From contig JASCQW010000081.1 of assembly GCA_030264375.1 (NCBI GenBank), forward strand, positions 49,871,772 through 49,935,771: DNA of 64,000 nt, written 5' to 3'. A program made the position numbers and the translations under genes. This DNA comes from Carcharhinus longimanus. Its lineage: Eukaryota. The notes below the pieces were generated by a model. That model was not told the DNA's origin, did no database searches, and saw nothing but the letters and a program-made list of their open reading frames with translations. Of the stretch, positions 50,101 through 62,100 are shown piece after piece; position 1 is the stretch's first letter, and each line of letters starts with the position of its first letter.

Positions 50101-53100
50101 GCAGCACTGAAATAAAAGCAAACTATTGAGGTATATTTTACTGTTTTAAGAAGTGAATAGTCTCAATGTTGTCACTACGTTTATTTAGTACATTAAAACC
50201 CATACTCTGTTGGGAAAATAGTACATAAACTACGTACATAATAGTACATAAACAGTTAATATAAATTTAATATGATAGCCGCATCTAATCATAATTCCAC
50301 TACTGACAACATCCTAATGTTAGACAATCCAAAAGTACAGTCATAGGACAAAGTCTATAATTATACAGCTGAGTATTTACATAAAAATATCACAAGTAAA
50401 ACACACAAACCTTGAAATCCCACAAAGAAGAAAGACTGTTTTGGTTTTCCACCAATAATTCCAACGCAGAACTCAAGACTCAACATCCCCTTTTCCAAAA
50501 AAAAGTGAAAGCATGTGAGGGTAGGTTCTGCTTTTTTCAACTCATGCCAAATACACCAAACAGAGCTTTTTTTTTAAATCAGGAAGAAGATGAAAGACAC
50601 TGCTTTCTTCCACCCAACCCCCATCCCTCAACCAGACACTTCTAACTGAAAAAATACTACCTTTCAGTCAGCCTTTTTCACACCTCTCCTTACTTTTATT
50701 TCCATTGCCTACAATGGATTCAGGATATGTAAAGTGGGCTGTCAGTTTGCTGCTATACATCTTACACTATTACAGTCAAATTACCTCGACAATCTTTGAA
50801 GACTTTCTCAGCTACATAGTTATAAGAAGGAACCAACAGACCAGACTACTCTCCACAGAAAGGGCAACACCAATCACAGAAAATTCCAAAGATTGACAAG
50901 CCTTTGAGTGAAGAAATTTCTCCTCATCTCAGTCCCAAACGATCAGCCCCTTGTCCTGAGACTGTGCCGCCTTTTTCTGGATTCCCCAGCCAGAGAAACA
51001 ACCCCCTGTATCTACTTGGTCAAATCTTGTCATAATCTTGAATGTTTCAATGAGATCACCTCTNNNNNNNNNNNNNNNNNNNNNNNNNNNNNNNNNNNNN
51101 NNNNNNNNNNNNNNNNNNNNNNNNNNNNNNNNNNNNNNNNNNNNNNNNNNNNNNNNNNNNNNNCTTGAATGTTTCAATGAGATCACCTCTCATTCTTTTA
51201 AATTCCAGAGAATACAGTACTGATTTACTTAGCTTCTCAACATAGGACAGTTCTCTTATCCAAGGGACCAATCTAGTGAACCTTTGCTGTACTACATCCA
51301 ATGCAAATACGTATCTTTCTTAACTATGGAGACCAAGACTGCAAACAGTATTCTAGATGTGGTCACACCAAAGCTCTGGAAAACTATAGTGATACTTCTT
51401 TATTCTTGTACTCCATGCCGTTTCCCTCCTAATTGCTCAATATATCTGCATATTTTTTGTGTTTCTTGTACGAGCACACCCAGGTTTCTCTGAACATAAA
51501 CATTTACAAGTTTTCATGTCTTTTACAAAATATTCTGCTTTTCTATTCTTACAACCAAACCGAAAAGCCTTACATTCCCCACATTATATTCATCTGTCAC
51601 CTTGCTGCCCACACACTTAATCTCCCAAAATCCTTCTGCAGATTCTTTCTGTCCTCCTCACAGCTTATATTCCACCTAGTTTTGTATCATCAGCAAATAC
51701 ATTATTCTTTGACTCTTCATCCAAGTCATTAATATAAATTATAATAGTTGAGGCCTATAGCATTGATCCTACCGCCTGCAAACTTGAAAATGACATATTG
51801 ATCCTCACTCTCAGTCTTGTTACCAATGATCTAAGGAATGCTAATATACATTCCCCAACTCCATGAACCCTCGCCTTAACCTTTTGTGTGGCATATTATC
51901 AAACGCCTTTACCTACCCCACTACCACAGATTATGCTGTAAAAGTCAACCTTAGAAGTCTTTAAAAGTCTTCCCAAAAACAGGGTTAACTTATTCACTGA
52001 GCATAAAATGTGCACTACTGGTGCTGGTGTAGGTGGTTGACATTTTTAAATATGAAAAAAAAAACAGTAATTCATACTGTGGTATGGTTTATTGAATTCA
52101 CTAATTATACGAAGATACCTTTAACTACAACGAAAGCATTTTAAAACTGTCAAATTTATTGTCTTCGGCATCGAATCCAAAACCTGCTTCACATCTCTCC
52201 TGATTTTTATTTCCATTGCTTTTGATGGAAATGGAAGATGTGAAACTACTTTGTGTCACTTTGGCTGTGGCATCATTGGCTAGTGCCACCACAAAACTAG
52301 TCTTCTCATATCCTATTATTTTCACTAGAGAATTGTTCTTAAATCTTTCCACTCCACAGTTTAGCTGCTGGATATATCAAAATTCATTGGATTTTCATCC
52401 ATGTTGCCAATGTGATAAAATGGGTACTCCTGTTTTGGCCTATGCAGAATAGATGAATTTTGACATCAAGGTATTCTCTGAGCAATCTTGGTCTTTTGCC
52501 ACTAAACCAGAATGTTTTGTTCTATAAAGCAGCTGCACCAACTAGCTGTTGTTCTGAAATCCTTGCTGGACTCAAAGGTTTGATTTGACCCAATTAAGTG
52601 TGTATGTACACATTGTATTTCTGCTGATGATGTAACCATTCTGATAGTTTTCGAGGGCCCATTTTGATAAATGCTTCTCAAGATCAAGCCAATGGCTGGT
52701 TCCTGCTCTAGAGTACATTTGAACTGGGTATTTTCTTCAGGGCAGATCAATACCTCTTCCATTCTCATACCAGTTTGTCACTAAAACCAAATTCCCTTCC
52801 TGCTTGCTGCAGCAGTTATTTGATGAGTTAATGAATGTTTGAACTTTTAGCCCGAAAAAAGCATTATATGTTTTGTTTGTAAGCGGACCCAATTCTGTTA
52901 GCCATGACATGTATGATTTTCCCTCTGTGGGCATATCTCAAAGTCCCGCACATCTTCTTCACAGCACAGCCCATATTGCCTATTTGATCCTCTCTGACAA
53001 TCAGTACGAGCTAAGTAAAACATGCATTTCTGGGGTGAAAAATTGAGGTTGACTACTGATGTAAGTATACCATTTCACAGCTGAAAGAGGAATCAAATTA

Positions 53101-56100
53101 TATGCTGAATATATGCAAAAACATGATTTTTGATATCAGAAAGTGGGGTCGCTTTATATGCCACACCTACAGTAGTTACATCCTCAAAATATTCAAATAA
53201 ATTAATCACACAATTTCCCTTTCATAAAATCATGTTGATTTGTTCTCATCATACTATACTTTTCTAAATGCATTGTTAGGACTTTAACAGATTTCAGCAT
53301 TCTCACAATGATTGTAAGGCTAACTGTAGTTCCCTATTTTCTCTCTCCTTTCTTGAACAATAGTGTTACATTTGGACTTATACTGATGAGTTTCATGAGT
53401 ACTGTATTTCATCCAATATCAATCAAACAAATTTGTTATGCTTGTTCCTGGACTCCTTGGCATGTTTTACAGAGACACCACCATCAACTCTGGGTGGGAT
53501 TTTCCATCTATTCCTGCCAGTGGGATTGTTTGGTCCTGCCAGTGGCAGGGGTGGGGGGAGCAGGGGGAAATGTATTTTGTTTTCCAATTCTACCATAATT
53601 TGATGTCCAAATAAGCACAGAATTTCCAGTGATGGGAACTGGAATACATCAGGAATAGATACCCTCGCTAACTGCCCCTCTTAACAGGGGGCAACACCAA
53701 TGTCCTGACAGATACCAGCTAATTTAGGAATCTTGGACTCTGCTGATCTGACAGTGTCACTAATATATTGGCAATGTCAATTATCCATTGAGCCGTCAGG
53801 AAGCTTCAATTCTACGTAATAACACCGATTCATTTTTGGAATTGAAGGGGGTTTATAAATATTCAAACTGAATGTCTTCACTGATCACAGGAACACAAAT
53901 ATTAATCAGCTGTTGGCCTTGACTCATTTATAGACAGTTCTCTGCAATGAACATAAAAACAGTGTACTTTTTAAATGACAAAGCAGCCTTGACCCTGGAA
54001 ACATTCAAGGTATTTATTACCTGCCCAGTTAAGCATGCTTAGTTAGCATACTTTTCATATGTTAAGTGAAGTGCAATAAAAGCTTATCATGTGGATAAAT
54101 TCAAGGCCACAGGGAAGGGTAATTTACTGCGTGGCTCTTAAGGCTTTTAACATAGAAGAAGACAATATTCTTATTGGACCATTCAATGATGCCTTAATGG
54201 TTTAGAAAATGTTGCAACTAATTTCAGTGAAAATACAAAATAAGCATGTACCCACTGCCTCAGATTACTCAGCTGAGTAATTAAGTAGCTGGGCCAAACA
54301 AAGAAATGTCCTAGATTCAATTCCTAGCCTGTGCTAAATTGATTAAACTCAGCTGGAATGATGTGTTATAAATTGTTTCAGAACTAGTAAACTGAGGAGT
54401 TTCCCCTTCTCGCTTTCTCAATTCTATCAATAATCTCTGTTGGAAATATGGATGCATCGACACAGAGGACAGAATTATTGTGACTCAACTTGCATTCAAA
54501 CTACAGGCACAATTAAACAACAGCCATTTGGCCAAGGTGCTGAAGTCAGCTTCTGCTATGGAACTGCAGCCCAAAAAGGAATCAATATCCTTGGAATAGA
54601 TTATGATTTTCACCTCAATGGGGTGCAGACAGCTTGTGTTCCAACAGTGAGGTTAGAGGTCAGCTGGAATACGAGCTTTGGGCCTTGTTTAGATTATTTA
54701 GATAAACTGTCAGTATCTGTTAGTCACAATAAGCAGCACACCCATTTAACATTGTTGTATCTCAGGGCACTTGCCTTGCCACAGGCAGCCCTAAAGAAAA
54801 TGCCACTGCCTGAAAACTGACATTAATGACTGGTTTTAAACTAGTAAGAAACCCAGATCAATCTATGACATGAAAATTGAATAAAAACCATAAAGTGTTT
54901 ACTGACAATAAGTAAATTCAGCAGCTCCTCCAACACCTGGATACCAATCTGGTTGTTACAGCATGTATTTATTCAGGTGAGCAATTATATATTCCACAAT
55001 CCCTTGGTCAGAATACAGTAGCTTCAGTGAAATTACACAATATCATGTTGAAAAGTGATTAGACTAAAGGCCTTTCAACTGACTGAGTTCAGAAATTGGA
55101 GTGCAGAAATTTGAGGTCAAGATGGTATGCTTAGATTTATTGGCCTTACAACAACTGACTCTCACTAATGTGTATACTTTTAAACAGCAATACTCTGGTA
55201 GTTTATTTGCCTTTCACCCTATCCATTCCCCACTACTTGATAAGGCTGATGCATTCCCGCTTCAGTGCCAACCATTCGCCAGTATCTTACTCAAATGGGA
55301 GTTATTTATGAGAGCTTCAACACTGTGTCATAAGCTAGGTAGCCGTGGATGGATGGTGCAACAACCAAGATGAATTCTATTTTCAATAGATGTATACACA
55401 TACACTACTCAGCAGAAGCTACTGGAGAATAGTCAACCACATGATGTTGGTTAACTTTTCTATCCATCCTTGGCCAGAGATACCAAGGCTTATTGCAGTG
55501 TCCCAATGCTGCTCCATCTCAGACCAACATTAAGCAGCACAGAAAAGATTTTAAATGAACATGCCCCAGGAAATCCTCATCATGGGAGATATAACTTAAT
55601 CCCTTTTGGAAAATGGAAGAATTTGAAATTAGGATGAGAAGAGGATTTATAAAACGTCATAGAATGACAGATCCTAAAGTAAGAGGTTCCATCAGCATTA
55701 CCTTTACAATCTCTTTGTACTCAGGGTTGACCTTCTCCCCTCCAAGTCTCACTGGTATTAAGATAACAACAGCTCTCCTGTCTGATGACTTTGGTATTCC
55801 AGATCCAACAGCTTGCAAATGTTTTTCTATTACATCAGCAATATAAACTGAAAAAGATAGTAACAGTTTAATAACAGTTTTGTTCTTCCAAAACTCCAAA
55901 TGTACTTTCCTACATCATCTTCCTTTCCCCTGCATCTAGTGTAATGAATCCAAAGTTTATGGTATCATCTACTATTCCAATTTAGAATCTTCCAGAACAT
56001 TGAAATTGTATCAACACTTATAATCTGAAGTACTTCTGGCTTTAGAAACCCAAGCTTAGCGTCTACACCTATTTCATAGCTTCTTTCACCCTTTTCAACC

Positions 56101-59100
56101 TTACAATGATGTCCTTACAATGGTTCTTGGCCTTTTATTTCAGTTTTTCATAAGTAAAAATAACTTACTTTACTTAGTCACTGATTTTGGACACAGTTTT
56201 GTTCTTCACAATTAAAATGATATCAGATTTTTATGATGTAAAAATTATTCTATTATCTTTTTGAAAATAATGTAAATATAAATAGCATATAGAATCCCTA
56301 CAGTGCAGAAGGAGGCCATTCAACCAACAGTTCTGCACCAACTCTCCAACAGATCATCTCACCCAGGACAATCTCCCCACCCTATCCCTGCAACCCCACT
56401 GCATTTACCCCACTAATCCCCCAACCTACACATCTTTGGACACCATCATTACATCATAAAAATCTGATATCATTTTAGCATAGCCGATCTACCTAACTTT
56501 CACATTTTTGGACAGTGGGAGGAAACTGGAGCACCTGAAAGGAACCCACACAGACCCAGGGAGAATGTGCAAACTCCACTCAGTCACCCAAAGTTGGTGC
56601 TGTGAGGTAGCAGTGTTACCACTCTGCCACCAATTCTAGACAATTAAGTTTAAAAGAAAGTGTCGGATGGTCTACCCCAATGCATTTCAACCTTTCTTCA
56701 AAATTTGAGAGATATTTTAACTTTTACCACATCAATCATCTTGTAGCTTCTGAGAGTGTTTGTCAAGTTTCGTGTCAACCAGTACCAAGTAAAAACTAAG
56801 AGCTTAGATTGAGACTTCACCAATTCTTTTTCATGTAGGATAGCTAACTGGGGTTGACTTCTCTCTCTTCTGGATAGGTTTGTGCATTAACAACATCAGT
56901 AATGCTTCAGATAATTTATAACATAAAATAAGACACTACCACCACCATTCAAATATATTACAGAATTTGCATTGTATAATTAGAAAATATTAAATAGTAA
57001 CATATTTTCGTCCAACTTGCAATTATTCTAGAGGACCAAGAAGTAGTAGACACACTTCAATGAATAAAAATACATTTTAAAAAATATGAAAAGGCCAATT
57101 AGAATTAAACAGCCAGTTAAAATAGAGGGAAAAGATCATAAATAGAAATTTGGAACAGAAATAGAATGTATTAACTTTTCAAGCACTGATTTTACCCTAA
57201 CTAACAAGGAGGTTTAGGTTGGATGCCCAATTCACACCCCAACTGACTTCATACTTCACTGGAGTCAACATATTCAAGTTGGGTGTAAATTGGGGATCTG
57301 AGCCAAACATATTTATCAGGTGGATTAGATCAAAACCAAGGCTGTTGTTTTTCTCATGTCTTTTGAATGCCCATTTGAGTTAACATTTTTAAGCAAACAG
57401 CCCTTTGTGCCAGGTTCCTGAGGTGTGAATACTGTATCTGAATTTATTCATTTACAAATAATTAAAATGCATCACCACATCTTAGCCTAGACATTTTATG
57501 CTCCCCTCTTTGTTTCAATCAATCATAAAGAAACTCTCCTGTTGTAAGATTCCAACTAATTGTTATCATGTCTTTTTTTTCCTATTTCAAAATGTTGATT
57601 GACCTGCTATAAAGTTGAAGCCTTTTTGGTTTGTATACTAAATGAAAATGGGTGTTGTAGTTTACTAAAATAATGACATTGTTTATACTAGAGTAAATGT
57701 ACAGCCATGACCACCTTGATCTTCATTTTGAAGTGAAAACATTAAAAAAGGATTAAAATTACCCTCATGTAGAACACAGAAGCACTGGCTTAACACATCA
57801 GAGATGAGTTATGTTCAATAATGTTAAGCACTGCCTGGCATCATCAATTTCAGATGACTGGCAGAACTGGGCAAGGTGCCCAGTCAGTTTTTCTCATTAC
57901 CATACCGTGTCACTCACCCGTACAGTCCTGAGCAACGTAAACTGTTATTCCTTGCAGCTCGGGCTCCACTGCATCTTCCACTGCTCTCCTAAGCAATGGA
58001 TTTAAATAGGTTTAGACAGTCACCTTGGAATCAGTGCTAATTGAATTGGACTGATTTTATTTTATAAAACTCAAAACAGCTGAATTTTTACTGTAAGGAA
58101 AAGATTTGAGGTCAAAGTACAATGCATCAATATTGTGCAGCAATACAGCATTACTTTAAGCAACTTTTTTTACTTAAAGTACATTATTTTACACACAAAG
58201 CATTAGCACCAGAAAATGAAATGCCCATTTCAGGAACCCTATTTCAACATCAAGTACTTTAGAATTATAGTTTCATTAGATGTATAGTTAAAAAGTTTTG
58301 CTCTGCTCCAAAATGTGCCTCAACCAACATATCAAACAAGCATCCCTCCCCACCCCGCTAGATCATTATATTTTTATTTTCCTCATTTTATGGATTTTCT
58401 GAATTAGCTTACCAATACTAATACTAAATTGGCATCTGTAATAAGATCACTCCAAAATAATTTCTCACAGGCTCCTTACAAGCCCTCAGATTGAGACTGG
58501 TTTCAAACGTAAACAGTGGCTCAAGGTATGACAATTTATGTCACCACTCAGTCTCCCCACTGGATAATTATCAAGCAGTTCCCATAGAAAAACTTTTTCA
58601 ACTGTTAACATCATGATGGACATCGGAATAGAAGTAAAGTGTAGTAAATTTATTTTCTGTGCTGTCTAGTTGTCGATGTTCAGAATGAAAATCAACAAAT
58701 GCCATTACTTCTCTTAAAAATCATCAATCTTGTCCAATAGAGACGCATTTTCCTCCAATTCTGTAAGTGGGGCCAGAACCTTAGGAAATCCAGACCTATT
58801 CAAAGCACCTATTGTGCTCAAGCTGCGCACAGCAATAAGTTTACATTTTGTAAAATTGTAATGTGTTTAGATCATACTTGAAGGGTGCATTTAGATCACA
58901 TTAAAGGAGTTTTTTTGGGAATTAGGGAGGGAGGTACTGTGTGAGCTGTCCTAATGCTCAGCAATTTACCAACTCTCAGTTCTACTTTGAACTTAAAACT
59001 GGTGGACCAGTTTTTTTTTCCCCAATCTTTACAATACTAATGCAAGTGTTCAAGAAATAGAAACAGAAACAGAATTCCTCAGTTCAGAGATATAAGGAGA

Positions 59101-62100
59101 AAGGGAAAAGATAAAGAAAGATAAATTGTCATACCTTGAGCCGCTGTTTAGGTTTGAAACCAGTCTCAATCTGATGGCTTGTAAGGAGCCTGTGAGAAAT
59201 TATTTCAGGGACAGGATGGAAGCAAAATTTGGAACAAACCTTTTTAAGGTTGGGCAGATGGGGAGGTAATATGACTGAAAAGGACTGTTGTCAAATGGGG
59301 AAAAAGATATGTGTCTGTTGGAGAGAGAATACACAATGTGCAAGGGGAAGGAAAAGATCCTAAAATAGGGAACCTGAAATGCAAAAGAATTTCATTATCA
59401 AGCAGTCTATTGGTCACTTATCTTGTCAATTAATCACAATTACGATGAGCCATTTTCATAGCAAAGGCTGTAAGGCTCTGACAACAGCTTGCTTGTGATG
59501 CTGGAGACCTGCACATCAGAACTAGCCATCCCCTCACCCCAACCAAGATGTTACAATACAACAATCTAGAAAGTTGCCCAGACATGCCTTACCTGCTAAA
59601 AACCCATGATAATTCTAACCTATCCAATTATAAGACTCCTCCTAATCAATGTAATAGAAGGAGCCGATGTCATTAAGCAAAACCTCATCACCAATACTGG
59701 CTGATGCTCACTTTGGATTCAGGCTTAACCTCATTTCAGACCTCAAAGGTTTCATCCAGACATCTTTGTAACAGCTGAATTCCAGAGAAGTGGAATAGCT
59801 GCCATTAAGACCAAAGTTGCATTCAACCAAAGCCTAGTGAAAATGAAGTCAACAGGTTGAATGAAAAACTCTCCAGCATTTTGTGTCATACATGACACAA
59901 AAGTGGACTATTTGTAGTTGTCAGAGGACACTCATCACAGCAGGAATTCATCAAAGCAATTGCTTCATCAATGGCGTTCCCACCATTGTAATGCCAAAAA
60001 TGTGGTTTTTCACTCACAATTCCAGTGCTCAGCTCCATTCACAACTCCTTTGATAATAGAACCGCCCATGCCAGCTGACAGCAGGACCAGGACAACATCC
60101 AGGCTGCAGATGATAAGTGGCACATTTCTGTTACTATCTCAGACAAGAGAAAGTCCAAACATTTCTCCTGAGCCTCAATGGCATCACCATCTCGAAGCAC
60201 CTCCATCATTAACATCACAGGAGTGACCAGAAGCTTAACTGACACAGTCATAACAATAACGTGCTTACAAGAATGGGGCAGAGGATTGGTAATGTGCAAT
60301 GAGTGAACCCTCAAAGCCTGTGCGGCATCTACAAGTCTCAACCCAGGAGCATGATGGAACACTCACCACTCTCCTGGAGGGTGAAATTGCAACACTCAAG
60401 CAACTCAATGTTACCCTGTCAGAGCAATCCACCTGATCAGTACTCCTGAAGATGGACTCAATATCCATTCCCTCCAACACTGTTGCACTGTGGCTGCAGC
60501 ATGTACTATTTAAAGGATTGACTGAAGCAACTCACCAAGGGCACTGTGACAGCAGATTCCTCCCTTTGACCTCTACCAAAAAGTACAAAACGCAATGCTA
60601 TGGAAATATGATTACCTTCAAGCTCCACTCCCAATTGCTCATTATCTTGTTCTGAACATATATAAGTGCTGTTCCTTCATAGTCACTAAAGCAATATTCC
60701 ATAAATCCACACAATAGTACCAAGGACCACAGTAGTTCAAGGAGAAGGTCTACCATCACCTTCTCAAGGCTACAAGCTCAAGCAATATGGGCAGCCTTGC
60801 TAGCATCACCCCCATCCCATAACAAATTGAAACAAAACATCTACGATTATTACTGCAAGGTTCTCAAGTTGCTACATTACAGAGAAGTTCAAAGAAATAA
60901 AAAAGCAATACTAAACTGGGTATAGTACCACAGCATGGAAATAAACATACATTTGAACCCTGTTCCACATTCAGCCACTTTCGGAGGCTAAGGCTCTTTT
61001 GGCTGCAGTGATATGACTTGGAGGACAAAGCAAGAGAGAACATTTATTCAAAATACTGAATATAAAGGAAAAGTTGGTCAAATTTTGATCCCTCTTTAGT
61101 CTCCAACATTCCTTATCTCTCCCTCTGTTTTATTGATACAATAGTTAATTGAAACATTTTTTCTCATTTATTCAAAGCTGTTATAGGCTCCCTCCTTCCT
61201 CCTTAAAATCTCACGATACAATAACCAAGGAACAGTAAAAACTGTTACTTGAATGCCTGGCAACCAAAATCGCTTAAATTCCTCTCGTCGTTCTTCTAGT
61301 TGGTTTATCTTGCTTTGTCTACATTTTTAAGCTTCGGTAGTGTCCTGCACTAAGTTTATCAAAATAAAACCTGTAATGTCTGCTCACCTTAAAATGTGGG
61401 CAACTACAGCTGGCCCATACCAATCCCCTGCTCGCTTGCCAGAGTTTTCTCCCAGCTCTATCAGTTTGTGCATTCCAAATATAGCTGTTGGGTTATCTGC
61501 TAACCAGGATATTATCTTCCGATGCAACTTTTCATCTTCGCTTGCTGTATTGGCAGGATCTAACTTTGGAGTTTGTTTCTTACTACTTGAGGAGCCCAGC
61601 TGTTCACCCATATTCTGTAGCGGTTTTTCTAAAGGTGGCAGGAAGGCAAAACCTGCATCACTCTCAGACATTGTTGATGGCTTGGCTTTGAATAGCTCAG
61701 AGTCTAAGGTAACCAATTGGAGTGCATCCGGCCAGAACCAATCTGCAAGGGAATATGACCCATCAATTAAACTTTGAAATAAAACAAGTATTCACAGATA
61801 TTCTTCTACTGGCGAAGAAGATAAACACTTTGTTGATGTAGCAGTGGATCAGAACACAGGTGCCGCCTGATCATCATGCCCTGAGTAGTCAATTTTATCC
61901 AACACTGCATTATGGGGCATCTCAATTTGTTTCAGTGTTCCTAGTATAATAGAGGGAATTCTGCCTGGGTTCCTCAGTTCTCACATCTGCACAATGATTC
62001 TTTTTAAATACAAGAGTGGGATGAGCACTGGGAGAGGTACTGGATCAGATCATCTACCTGGCCTCTCAGCCAAGGAATATATGGGGGCAGTGCAGAAATA

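Noticed and set aside
51037-51190. Direct repeat cttgaatgtttcaatgagatcacctct on both sides of a 100-N gap (similar at 42861/42980 and 44826/44963)
   Set aside because: Most likely unmerged contig overlap or a collapsed repeat at scaffold gaps; cannot be treated as biology.
61340-61777. 145-aa plus-strand ORF
   Set aside because: Antisense shadow of the ATG4C 355-nt exon; no independent protein features.
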